DNA of 64,000 nucleotides, taken from positions 21,392,001-21,456,000 of the forward strand of contig CM097885.1 of the NCBI GenBank assembly GCA_044892525.1. The letters run 5' to 3'. The DNA is from Schmidtea polychroa. Lineage: Eukaryota. Shown piece after piece: positions 12,787 to 26,529 of this stretch; position 1 is the first letter of the stretch, and each line of letters starts with the position of its first letter. The notes beneath the pieces are model-generated. The model had not been told where the DNA came from and did no database searches. It saw only the letters and a list, made by a program, of their open reading frames with translations. The position numbers and the translations under genes are program-made.

Positions 12787-14739
12787 ATACCATACCCTAT
12801 TCATCCCCTTTATCTCCCCCATACATCATTTCTTCCAATTCATGCACACACGCACATGTTTCATGGCAACTCTCTAGTGAAAGTTAATAATTATTTATTA
12901 AAATACCACACATAATTCAGGTTTATGTTGGGTTAATTTCCCGTTCAATCAAAATACCAAAAATTAATACTTAATTTTAATTCAGGCAACCCAGATTAAA
13001 TTAAAGTTGAGTTTAATTATCCATATTTCTTTTCCTTTTAAAAATTAAATTTTCAATTAATAATAAGAATAAAAAATTAATCCAAGGTGTTTAAATCACC
13101 TATTTATAATTATTATCCAGTTATTTTGCACTATGGAATTACTAATTTTTATTGATAAATTTATTGAAGAAAGCAATATAGAATATGGCGGAATAGCAAT
13201 ATATAATTCTATTCAAGTGTGTTCAGATTTTATTTGGTTTATAATGAGCCCTGTCGTTATAAAAGATTGCAATGGTCGGATGTTCGAAGGTTTATTTCTA
13301 GCGTTTATTCATTTAAGTTCTACACAAGATCCAATTTATGCTATTCGGAATTTAATTAGTCGAAATGGACATCCGGATTTTATTAAATTATTTTTAATCA
13401 TTGTTTCGACTTTGTGTATTATATTTATTCTAAATGTGAAAATCGTTTTCCAGTTTTCAGATTATCTTGATTGTGATGAAAAACGTTTTCATGCTCAGTC
13501 GTATAGATTAATAACAACTGGATCCATTCCATTTCGTTTGTCTAATGCTATTTATTTATCGAGATCGGCAGTACCTTTTTGAGAGATCGAATTATCAATT
13601 CGTCTTCATCAACGGAAACGTGTATCGTTACACGACATGTGCCGAGCAATATCGATGAAATGTGCTATGGTTATTCATTAATCATTCAATCTCCAATGCC
13701 AAAACCGCTCGAATTTCAAGATTACTCTATTTCGTTTTTTATTTTGAAAATTATTTCTTGTATTATTTTGCATTTGAACTGGGTATTTTACGTTTCTCAT
13801 TCGCCTGGCTTTGTTCGTGAAGATAAGTTAAAGGTTTCTTGCCGCATTGTTGTGAAATCACAGGAAGAAATTGTCCGTTTGTTGAAATGTTCATCAGTTA
13901 TCAGTGGTACTATTATTGGTGTCCTTGCTGTTTGGGAGATTTCGTAAATTTCCCAATTGTCAGTTTGATTGGTTTTGTGAATTTTGCTACGCACTGTATC
14001 AATTTTTAATGTAATCAGATTATAATATTTTTTGAAAATTAAATCTAAATGAATATTTATTTTATTTGTATATATTCTTTTTATTCATTCATTCTTATTC
14101 TTTCTTATTCTATGTATAATAACAATAATAACATTGATAGCTTTAATAATAATAATAATCGTAGTAATAATAATAACACTAAGTGTAATAATGAGAATAA
14201 TAATACATGCAAAGTCATAAAAAAAATTTTTTGGATTATAGGACGACTAGAATTAACCTTAATTCCTGTTATTATACAACTTGGGGTCTTTATGGGGGAA
14301 GGTGGTCATATTTTTATAAGGTTGTTTTATAAATCGGTATGTACATACACACATCCACTTATATATACGTATACATATACACCCACACATATATACATAT
14401 ATGGATATAGTTTAAATTAATAATATTGATGTCGTTTTCAGGGGGGGGGGGTGTTACTAAAAATAGATTTTAGTGATTTTCCGTAATTTTATTGGAAGAT
14501 AGGGCCATTGAAACTAAATTTAGAGATAGGGGAATCCCAAAATCGATAATTTTGTTTAAAATTTTATTTTTAAGAAATAATAATTACTTTAATAATATAA
14601 TCAGTTTAGTGGGGTTACTGGGGAAAATAAAATCAATGATATCAATAAAATGTAATAGTAGTACTAATGATAGTAGCAGTAATGTTAAAATAACAATAAT
14701 GATAAACGGCGAATGTACCTTGATATCTTTATGAAATTA

Positions 14740-15530
14740 CCACGGGTATATAGCTTGGGGGTCATTTAGGAATTTTAAGAGTTATCATTTTAAAATCAAA
14801 TATAAGATGAATATATACATATATATACACATACACATATACACACACATATATACATATATATAAAAGTAGTCTATCTTAGTGTAAATTTAGATAAATA
14901 TATAATTTGAGGGGGGTCATTTAGGAAATTTTACCACTTATATTTTTTATTATAATGTAAGTTAAATATATATTAAAATAAGCCAATTTAGTATGTATAA
15001 GTTTGAGGGGGGGGGGTCATGTGTGAACATTTACAATTTACATTTTTAAATATAATATAAGTTAAATATATATTAAAAATAAGTCAATTTAGTATATTTA
15101 AGTAATGGACAATGAATGTATAATTTTGAGGGGGTCAGTTATGAACATTCCCAATTTAGAATTTTAAATATACTATAAGTTAAATATATATTAAAATAAG
15201 TTAATTTAGGATATTTATGCAATGGATAATGAATGTATAATTCGGAGGGGGGTCATTTATGAACATTTACAATTTATATTTTAAAATATACTGTAAGTTA
15301 AATATATATTAAGATAAGCTAATTTAGTATATTTAGGTGGTAGTTGATGACTATATGGTTTGTAGGGGGGTCATTCATAAAAATTTACAATTTAAATTTT
15401 TAAATATAATAAGTTAAATATGTATTAAAATAAGCTCATTTAGTATATTTAGGTGGTAGTTGATGACTATATGGTTTATGGGGGGTCTTTGATGAAAAAT
15501 TTTCAACTATGATGTTAAAGGCAATCTAAG
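14740..15530. repeat. Degenerate tandem array, mostly ~120 bp units with GGGGGTCA cores
   Basis: About 7 recurrences of G-run+TCA...AAGTTAAATATATATTAAAATAAG. Confidence 0.8.
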
Positions 15531-16560
15531 TTAAGTTAAATTTATAGTTTATATTTTAAAGCTAATATAATTTTATAATTTATATTTTTATGAAGTTAAA
15601 TTTATAGTTTATATTTTAGAACTGATATAATTTTATAATTTATACTTTTAAGTTTATAATTTATATTTGGTGAAGTTCAATTTATAGTTTATATTCCTAA
15701 AGCTAATATAATTTTATAATTTGTATTTTTAAGTTTATAATTTATATTTTTATGAAGTTAATTTTATGGTTTATATTTTAAAGCTAATATAATTTTATAA
15801 TTTATACTTTTAAGTTTATAATTTATATTTGGTGAAGTTCAATTTATAGTTTATATTTCTAAAGTTAATATAATTTTATAATTTATATTGTTAAGTTTAT
15901 AATTTATATTTTTATGAAGTTAATTTTATGGTTTATATTTTAAAGCTAATATAATTTTATAATTTATACTTTTAAGTTTATAATTTATATTTGGTGAAGT
16001 TCAATTTATAGTTTATATTTCTAAAATTAATATAATTTTATAATTTATATTGTTAAGTTTATAATTTATATTTTTATGAAGTTAAGTTAAATTTATAGTT
16101 TATGTTCTAAGACTAATCTAATTTTATGATTAATACTTTTAAGATCATGATTTATATTTTGAAGAAATTAAGATTATAATTTATACTTTTACAATCAACT
16201 TAGAGTTATAATTTATAATTTATAGTCAATGTAAATTTGTAATTTATATTTTTAGGAAATTAAATTTATAATTTATACTTCTATAACTAATTATAATTTA
16301 TATTTTTATGAAATTAGGATTATAATTTATACTTTTACAATCAACTTAGAGTTATAATTTATAATTTTTCAGTCAATATAAATTTGTAATTTATATTCTT
16401 AGGAAATTAAATTTATAATTTATACTTTTATAACTAATCATAATTTATATTTTGAAGAAATTAAATCTATAAGTATAATTCATATTTTTATGAAATTGAG
16501 AGGATAATTTATACTTTTATGGGTTTACGATTTGTATTTTTATAGTTAGTTTAGAGTCTA
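15530..16560. repeat. AT-rich hierarchical minisatellite (TTTATAATTTATA core)
   Basis: Directly visible; related tracts at about 52370-52620 and 58570-58810 in the other LTR copies. Confidence 0.85.
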
Positions 16561-19024
16561 TTCAATTTAGTGTAGAATAATGTGAAGATGTTGCCCGAAC
16601 TTATACGTTATAGATATAATATTAGTAGTTTATAGATAAAGAGACTTTATCAATATGTCTACGGGAATTTGCGCATACCAAGACCATTACGATAGAGAAA
16701 TTTAGTTTGCATCAAAATAGGTTATTTTGTGGGCATCTATAGATATTAGTTCGCTTACCAGTGCGATTGAGATTATATCTTAGGTCCTACTCATCGCATG
16801 AACTTTAGGTTGCAGTATTCTTACAGGGAATGGTTCAAAATTTTTAAGTCTTTAATTGCCTTAAAAAAAATTTTGCGCAGGGATCTCCTGTTATTTTGAG
16901 TTAATTAGTTTCTTAGGTTCACATTGAATTTATAGTTTAAGAGGGATTCGTTTAGAAATAACCAGCTACACTATCATGTTGTATTGTGTGAAATTTGAGT
17001 CAGGGGATATTCCCCGTTTATCAGTTCCTAATGTTGTGTGCAAAATAGTATAATTTAAGTATTAATTTAGGTATGTAAGTTAACGAAAAGGTCGATTTAA
17101 TTAAAATTTACCTACTTTCCCGACTACACTGAGTACGGTACGATAGGCCCTATTGTAATATGTATCCACAATTAGTTTCCCATAATTATTTCGTCCGCAT
17201 AGTCCCTGTGACTATGCCAACTACCAAGAAGGATTTATACGCCCTACTCATGGTTAAACACCAATAGTTCGTGGCGACCTCTGGTTAAGATTATGATTTT
17301 AGTGCATGTAGGGTCGATGACCCGAAATCATTATGAACTGTGCATTCATAAATGATAAAGTGCATAGGTGCAGGTTTGGCTGGGATCTCGCTCCAAAATC
17401 ATTGATAACCGACGATCTCATTCAAATCTACACCTCTATAATTAAATAGAAATAATGAAAACAAGGTTTCAATAATAATAATTTATAATTCACAATGAAA
17501 TCGTCCTTACTTACAATCTCAGAAAAATCAAAATCAAAAATTTGGCATAAGAGTAAAAATATTCATTTTCATTTTTTTTCTTGCTTGCTTAAAAAGTGAC
17601 GAAATGTGTTAGTTTATATAGCCTCTGTTTGACGTGTAAGTATACATGCGTGCATTGATGCAGTAAAACAAATTCAGATTATTTTAATTCTCGAACATTC
17701 GATTTTTAATTTTTATCGATTTTGATGGCGATTTTTCAGTAAGAATTTTTGTTTTTATTTTCGAAATTTTATTTTCGAATTATTTTTTATTAAATTTGCC
17801 TCCATGATGGATTTCAGCATTTCCAGAACAGTCCATGCTAAATTCAATCTATTTCTTATTTTTAAATTGTTTTTTATGATTTCTTTTCTAAAATATTTAT
17901 TTTTTAAACTAAAATATTTATTTTTTATAAATTTTATTGGGTCGTTTGGCCGTCATGATGGATTTCGCCATTTTTATGAATTGTTCTGGATTTTTATTCA
18001 AAATATCGATATAATTTTCTTTACGTAAGATTTTATGAAGATTTTCTTTAATTTTCTTTTTTAATTTTTACAATCGCCTTTATTCGAATTTGTTTTTTGT
18101 TGTTTTTTATGTCTTTCGGTTATATTTGAGTAAGTTTTCGTGTAATACTTCTTGCTCGTGTTTTATTTTATTTTTAATTCAGATGTTTTATTTTTGGGTA
18201 TATTATCTCTCTATTATCATTGTTTACTTGGTGTTTTATATATTTTTATTTAAGTAAACTTAATGCTGGGTATGCGTGTTGTGTACTGACCCATTTCGTC
18301 CCATTCCAAACTTTGGGTCTAGAAATCAGTTCTAGCCCAACAATATTAATAAATACTTATGTAAATTTGAATTACTGTAGTATAAAGTTATCATTAAATA
18401 TAATCAGAGATTGATTGTCATATGAAGAGCCTTACTTTTGGTCACTCTATATTATCTATATTAATTTTATATAAAAAGTTTCGTTAATTTTAGTATCCAT
18501 TTTCATGTTAGGTAGATCAGCTAAATTCTAAATAAAAATATTTTAAGATTTTTGGAGTCATGGAGTTTACAGTTTTTTTTACAAATAATGATCACAAAGA
18601 TATATAGTGAATTAAAAACATTACGATCTTAACCATAATAACGGCATTTTATGATTTCTTCACCTATGGTAAGAAATTAGGGGTACCAAAAATAATTAAA
18701 ATAAATTATAAATTTAAAAATATATCAACAAAAATAATATCAACCCATTATAAGTTAAACTTTGAACTAAATTAATTGATTTATTGGTAATTTCTGTAAT
18801 TATTATTGATGATTCACAAAATTTGGATTTTTTTTTTGAAAAAAAGTTTAAAACATGTTATCATAGAAACAGTCAACAAAGCCTTTCCATAATAATTGAC
18901 ACAAGGGAATTTTTTAAGACTTATTTTAAGTTGAAGAGTTTCTTTCAATTTTTATACATTTATTGTTTTATAGCATGTTTTTACATTGTTTTATAAAATA
19001 TTTAATTAAATAATTTTAGTTATT

Positions 19025-19135
19025 TATACTTATTATATCCTACCTTATGATGACAGGAAAACTGTCGAAATATATCGTGAAAAGAATGTTTGAGTGGCAT
19101 TTTCTTATAATTAAATCATTGCCGTGTATGTTTAA
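19025..19135 (+). mobile_element. Solo Penelope pLTR fragment with a hammerhead variant (19041-19079)
   Basis: Homologous to about 8270-8380; TAC CTTATGA TGACAGGAAAACTGTC GAAA TATA TC GTG. Confidence 0.75.
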
Positions 19136-20521
19136 CTATTTATTAAATAATTTTATATTTGTAATTAATTTTTTGGTAACTCCTAATTCTTTTTACCATA
19201 GCCAATTCTTCAATATTGACCATTAAAATAAAATAACTTTTTATTCCTCGTTTCATCAATGGCTGCCAATTTCGTGTGAACATTCTAGTTTCCGTATTTG
19301 ATGAAAAATCCGAAAAAGGCTGCAACTTTGTATTTTGGAAAACAATATTGTAATGTTAAACTATAATGTTAAAATTTATTAAGTTATGTTGTTTATAGTT
19401 AAGCGTGAAATTCCAATAAATTAATTATGAAAACAGGATGCTTTAATTTACATCTCAATTAAACATCAAGGAATATACTAAGTTTAACTTTACTTTAAAT
19501 TACACAGAATTCAGAAGTCATTTGCCAATTGGCATTCAAATACTAGTGGTAAAATTAAATAATAAAAGTATTAAAAAGAACTTACATCTACTTTTTTCTT
19601 TCGTTTTACACAGCATAATGTAGATTCTGAAACCATTATTTAATGAGTCAAAATTTGGTAAATCAGTACAGTAAATCAGTGTAAAACTGAGTTTAAATCA
19701 GTAGGACATATTTGATTTTCAATTGGTTGATAAAATGATGCGCACACACGCACAACTTGATTTGTTTGAATTTATGTTCAAACTTGAATTGAAAAAGTTT
19801 AACATTTTATTGTGTCAATTTTCGATTTAAAAATCATTTTGTAATATTGAAATTGATTTAATTTTACACGTAGGCATAACATTCTTTAAGTATCAGTTTG
19901 TCTCACTCTTAGCTCAATTCAGTTCAAAATTTTAGTTTTACATGGAACTAAGATTTATAAAAATGACCAGATTTTTTCAGTGTAATATATATGAAATAGT
20001 TAATACAGTTTAGAAAAATGTCACAAATGACAGGTTAAAATTCCACGGTGACATATATTAAGAATTATTCAAAGAATATATATAATAAAATAAATATGAA
20101 TAACGTATTGAGATATAGGTAGTGAACATAAAGCAGTGAGATATATATTGTTGAAATGTGTCACTACTTCCAGGATAATCATTATAGAAAAACATGAAAT
20201 CAAGTGTACCCATATGAGTACAGTGGGTGGTAATGGGTTAAAAAGACCAATGAAATTAAAATTTGTTTAAATCAAGTAGCATGTCAGAAACTTGCAACAC
20301 AAATAAATGATAAATTACAATAAAACACTTTAAAAATATCCAAAATTGCATTATATTATATTATATTATTCTTTTATTAATCGGCTAAAACACTTAGGGA
20401 ATCGTTTTTTGTCAATTGCAACATTTTTCAAAATAATTTTAAAAGTCTAAAATCAACAATTTATTATTAACAATTAAATATGCATACGTTTAAATTAAAT
20501 ATTTCCGCCACTTTTATACAT

Positions 20522-20857
20522 ATGAACGACAATTCAGGAATTAAACAAAAATATTAGCAATACTGGTAAGATATCGAATGAAAAACGCAGAAATCAAAGA
20601 TAAGATTGGAATATGAATGTGAAGAATCACTCAAATCAGCCGCTGATATTTTACAAATAAAATATAGTACTGCTATGACAAATATTTCCCGATACCAGAA
20701 GACCCGCAACATTGATCAATTGCCAAAGGGTAGGAGTCGAAGGACTGTTCTTACAAGTGAAATTGTAAATGAAATTGAATCAATTGTCTCATTACAGTCT
20801 GGATATACTTTGGTCAAAATAAAAAGACAGATTGAAGAATCTCATGGTATGGTGTGA
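20522..20857 (+). pseudogene. Tc1-like transposase N-terminal HTH fragment
   Basis: SLKSAADILQIKYSTA...RYQKT...LPKGRSRRTVLT...YTLVKIK pattern; truncated at about 20853. Confidence 0.6.
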
Positions 20858-22129
20858 GTCAATATTACCCCACTGGAAATTTTTCACAAATGGACTTGAA
20901 TTAAAAACGTGAACACACAATACCCAAGTTCATCCATATATCCAAACACTAATAAAATGACTGTTTGTTGGGGTTTGGCTCGTTCTGAGAGCAATTTAGA
21001 TAGCCATGTAGAGGCTAGGTACTGCACAACCCGACCGCGAGAAGCAGCAATTCGGACTGACTTACTCGTCGGATTTAAATTTACATAGAGAATCAATATT
21101 AGGTAACAGTAGATCGATCTTGATCTACACAATCGCACAAACTTCGGGAAATCCCTCCATCTTGATCCATTCTTTTATATAGCGCTGAGAGGCATTAGTT
21201 CCAGCGACTGTGCTTTATCTGAGAACGGTTCGAATAACCGATTTCTTTATTTGAGTGTTGAGCGGCATTTTTTGGAAACACATTATTATTATTTGTATAT
21301 TTTGTGCATAATCAATAAGTCTTTTAGAAATAAATGTCTTGATTAATTCATATCGATTTATTTATATATACCTACACACACATATATTTATATCTTTGGA
21401 GTCAGATATAGTCTGTGTTAGGAAGAATCTATCCATAAGATCGGAACCTAATATGTTCATCATGTGAGTTAGGAACAATTTGAGTGTCCAAGATTTGGGC
21501 TCCCTTGACAAAAAATTTATAATTGACTTTTGAAAATTTGGCAGGTATCTACCATAATTTTATTAATTTAAGCAAGTAGTAGGATTGGAGCTCCCCAGAT
21601 CAGGAGCTCCCCAGATCAGGAGCTCCCCGCATCACATAAAACCCCTCCCCCCCGGAAAAAAAAATTTTTAGCACGATGCCACATATTTTTAGAACTATTA
21701 CGTAATCAATGCCTAATATTTTTAGAACTATTACGTAATTTTATTTTAAATTAAGTGATCTGGCGGGCTCACACTTTTTTTCATCCCAAAAGTTAATGTT
21801 CCCACCATCAGATTTTATTGACCGATACCTCATCTTAAAGCTCAGTCCAAGACCTTTCGAATGAGCTATAGGTATCTTATATATCTTTAATAGTTTTAAT
21901 GTTATTAACATTTAATGACCACCATTTTTTCAAAGTTAAATTATTATTATTTGTCAAAATATTATTAATTGGCACAGCGGGCTCACACTTTTTTTCATCC
22001 CAAAGATTAATGTTCCCGCCAACATATTATATTGATCGATAGCTTATTTTAAAGCTCTGTGCAAGAACTTTCTAATGAGATATAGATTTTTATCATACGA
22101 TGACTCATCACATTTTTAGAACAAAGACA

Positions 22130-22470
22130 ATGAGTCATCATATTTTTAGAACGATGCCTAATATTTTTAGAACTATTACGCAATCGATGCCATATATTTT
22201 TAGAACGAAGCCACATATTTTTAGAACTATTACGTAATCGATGCCTAATATTTTTAGAACGATGCCTAATATTTTTAGAATGATGCATAATATTTTTAGA
22301 ATAGTGCCTCTTATTTTTAGAATGATTACGTCATAATTTTAGAACGATGCCTAATATTTTTAGAACGATGTCTAATATTTAAGAATGATGCCTAATATTT
22401 TTAGAATGATTACGTCATATTTTTAGAACGATGCCTCATTATTTTAGAACGATGCCTAATATTTTTAGAA
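22130..22470. repeat. Subterminal ~21-bp tandem array (ATTTTTAGAACGATGCCTAAT variants)
   Basis: Directly visible; mirrored at about 31318-31665 with a different unit order and number. Confidence 0.9.
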
Positions 22471-23043
22471 CTAATAATTTTTGTTTTAATTATCGATTAC
22501 ATAATAATTTAATTTGTTTAAATCGTTGATTATTATTATTTTTATTATTATTATTATTATTATTATATACTCCGAGTTTATCCGACAAGATATTCTGTCC
22601 CCCTATGGGTATTGCTAGCAAGGGTACTACTCACACTCAACAAGTCACATGGGTACTGTTCATATTATTATTATTATTATTATTATTATTTATTTTTTTT
22701 TCAAAGATATTTAGTTACATGCTCACTGCAAACTAAAGTAAATATGAACAGTATTATCAAATTAAATAAAAATAATAAAACTTTATAAAAATTTAAATTC
22801 TTTTAATGGCTCAAAACAAAGTCCTAATCCATAGTGACAACATTACTAGTTTTCAATAATAAAACAATTTTTAATATACTTTCTATGTTTAAACACTTAA
22901 GGAATGTTTAATAATATTACACAATATAATGATTTTTATCCATAGAAAGAAATACGAAAACTTTTCATTAATAAAAATCAACACAAATCAATGTTTTTAC
23001 AAAGTTATATTAATTTATCACAGGAAAAAGATATTAAAATCGC

Positions 23044-26000
23044 TTAATCACTCAATTGTACATCATCAATATCAATTTCGTCACTCAATTGTACATCATC
23101 AATATCGATTTCGTCACTCAATTGTACATCATCTATATCTATTTCATCATTAGGATCATCACCAGAATCGAAATCTAGACTTAAACCATTGAAAAGTGGA
23201 CCCACTTCCTCATCACCAGAAACAAAATCTGGACTTAATCCTCCGAATAGTGGCCCAACTTCTTCAAATATTTGATCATCATTTATATCATCTAGTGCTA
23301 AATAATGACCAAATGCGAGACTGGAATTTTTCCCCACCCAAAACCGCTTGTCGTCGTTGTTTGACAACGCGATTTTATTGTTTTTAAATGTGTACAATTG
23401 ATGGTTCCGCGTCCCTATCCTACTTTGTGGCACAGAAAATACTACGTTGTTATTGTAGCATTCTAAATATGAATCGTGCCTAATTTCTGTACCTATTAAC
23501 CTGACTCCTTTTGCTTTTAAATGATCTTTAGCCCCTAATAAACTATAGCACTTGGGTCTTAAGAAAACCCATTCCTTATACCCTAGACCTTTACTTTCAT
23601 CTTTAAATTTACCTATCACAGAATCAAGGTTTCTAGAGTATAAGGGATGTGCAGGGTCATAGTTGGAAGTATTTAAAAGATTGTCACGAATCATTGCCGG
23701 CAAAAGAGTGTCAAGCTTACAGTGCCTAACCTCAAGAAAAAAGGAGTCAGTATCGCCGGCAACGATATTTATCTCACATTTAAATTCATTTCTATATTTA
23801 GCCAATTCTATATACTGTGACTGGTACATCCTCAGTTTAGACAGGTCTAGCACCGTTTGGCCAATGTAACTAGGCCTGTCTAAACATATAGAATCCTTAT
23901 TGAGATGTGCAGCAATCAAGTCATCATCAATTTTGATAGATTTCTTGAAAGTCGGCTTTGAAGCATATACAATCATCTTTTCAGCTGAATTGCATAGCCT
24001 CAAATTCATCCGTTTTTTAAGGTTTTCTACGGATTTCCCATACAGACTATTATTAAATAATTTGTATAGATCTCTGTGCAGCTCACATGTAGAATTGGCT
24101 CTCAAATTAGTGTTTTTGTCTATGTAAGATTTAAAAATGGGTGCATGCTTAAATTTGATTGCTCTATGTACATTTTTAATAATAGCCCCCAATTCTATAT
24201 ACAACTTGAGAAGTCGCCAATGAAGAACATGGTTCTTCTTCGGCCAATGCGTGAGCATCAGCTTCTCAACTTTAGAATTTGGCGGGCACATCTTTTCCGG
24301 AGCAAGAGGAAAATCATTCAGAAAGTCATGCAAACAATCAGGTATATCGATATCTACCTCCATAGTATAACCATATGGAAGGTTATCGATATCAGCAATC
24401 ATACATTCATTCAAGACAGAATCAAGATCATCATACACCCAAACAAAGTCAGCATAAGGCAGATTTTGGCTTAAGGCCCAACCATACAAGTTATTAATAT
24501 CAATATACAAGAGTTCTGTGTCTTCAGAACTTGCAACATAATGTTTGTTAACAAATGTTAACCCACCCCGTATCCCTCCTTCATAGAAATTAAACATTTC
24601 CATGTCCTGCAAAAGTTCAATGGGTTCCGTTAATGTCATAAGCGCAGAGACCCATGACATACCGGGAATGCCATAGAAATTAAGAGGCTCAAGACCATTG
24701 TAAGCAATGGCCTTTTCACGGAATTGTTGAAAATAGTCTGCGAGGAGAAACACGTCTAATTTAAGGTAAGTTAACATGTAATCTAACATGTTGTTACAGT
24801 TTTGCTGAGTCCAAATTACTTGGGCTAATGCATATTCATCATTAGACACTGAATCCCAGATAGGAGGCAATTCAAGAGTCGATTCCAGAACCTCAAGAGA
24901 TGTGGCAAAGTCATAAGGAAAGATACCTTTGGATCGAACAATTGCGCCATCGAAAACAGAAGAAGTTAAAGGCAGATCGGAAAGAGTCTTAACCGCTTTT
25001 GCTAAAGAAGAATTAACAAACTGCATGATGTCAATAAAACGAACAGACAATTTGTTAATGTACGCGATAAGAGAGATGAATTTCTCGGTAGTGGTCGGAA
25101 TAATATTTAATTCCCAAGAAGGAAAATTATTGAGACCGTACTTCAAAATATGATGGAGATCATACCCCCTCAAATTGTGAAAAACCACAGGTAACTGTTT
25201 CTGAATTCGTCGAGAAACATTACATTTCCTACAGGCAGCACCAAGATACTTACCTGAAAAGTGACAATGATCCCTAACTCTATTTCTAATAAATTTTTTA
25301 CAAAGGTAGCAGGTTCTGGAATCACGAAAAGCCCGCTCTTCAGCGAAAGACAAGGTTTGCATGGGCTTTTTCCCATTAATTTCGTAATATGGCAGGACAA
25401 TTGTCATAGCAATTTCCTCCACCTTATTCAAGAAAGATAAGATGCAATCATCCCCAACAAACTCATAATAAAATTTAGAGTTATTATAATTATTTATTAA
25501 TAATAAACCTGCTGTTATTGGCAAATGCTTTTGATGGTGTATTATATCCCCAGGTAAAATTGATTCAAAGTCTGCATATATCACGAATGGCGGGGTTATG
25601 GTTTTCGCGAAATTACTAAATATAAGGTTTTTATCTTTAGGTAACGTGTATAGAGTTGTTCCTATCTGGTTTTTAATGCATAAGGCAACGTGAATATCAA
25701 ATGCATTTTTATGTCTAAATCCGTTAAGACAGTGGGGGCACCAGTTCACTTGAAGTATAATGCCGCATTCACTGCTAGAGCGACAATTCATTAGTCTTTA
25801 TAAGTTAAAAACTGCGGTATAATGAAAATTATCACCGTCTTCCAATAAAAGTAAGTATAAGGGTTCACCACCTATAACCTTAGATCGGTGAATTATATCT
25901 AATTGAGGATGATGTGGAATATAATTATCGTCAACTATATTTTCAAAAGGCTTAGCAGGGGTCGTTCTATAAGTTAAAACATTTATTGCTAAATTTAAAT

Positions 26001-26520
26001 CCTTATTTTTCATCTCGAATTTAGGAATATCACATAGTTTCATTGGACAGTCGGAAATGGGGTCAAAATTTAACTCGTCAAGATAATTTTCATAGGAACT
26101 AACTCTATTTCTATTTATATGTACTACATTACGTTTTAAAAGTGCTAAAATACTATATATAAAGCACATATCATCGGTGTTTTTAACATTTACTATTGCA
26201 TTTTTAGATTTTAAAGATGATGGGGTGGGGATATAACTATGTCCAGCTAGCCTATTCATATGTGTAAATTTTGTTAATATAAAATCTATTTCTTTGATTT
26301 TAACAACCCGCCATCCACTACCCAAATATGTGAATTTTTCTATTTTATTATTTAATTTGTGAACCCCCTCACTTAGAAAACTATCTGAAAAAGCCTCTGC
26401 CCTATTCGAGAAGAAATTATCTTTAATTTCACCATCTTTTTCAAATTGAATCAATACGGAGAATTGTATTTTCACCGACCCCATTCTGTTTATTTCATGA
26501 TTTAACTTATTAACGATTTT
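23044..26520 (-). pseudogene. Protein-primed family B DNA polymerase, 5'-truncated, one in-frame TAA at 25798-25800
   Basis: YADFES, endonuclease-VII-like CYLC..DHCH..CRKCN, FHNLRGYD, KGIFPY, DINNLYG, KLFNNSLYGK, GDTDS, DDKR; ORFs 25798-26484 and 23044-25791 share one frame. Confidence 0.93.
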
Positions 26521-26529
26521 ATCGGTTAT

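Larger units (their letters stand above)
12537..18342. mobile_element. Giant (5.8 kb) solo LTR
   Basis: TGGTGGG...CCCAACA termini flanked by a 4-bp TSD ATAT; both ends are homologous to the LTR at 56252-60577. Confidence 0.85.

Noticed and set aside
13133..13947. Plus-strand ORFs in the solo LTR
   Set aside because: No motifs, not shared with other LTR copies; may be shadows of a decayed minus-strand gene.
22130..22470. CRISPR-like look of the 21-bp array (also about 31318-31665 and 53563-53672)
   Set aside because: No unique spacers, units abut directly, eukaryotic transposon context, no cas genes.
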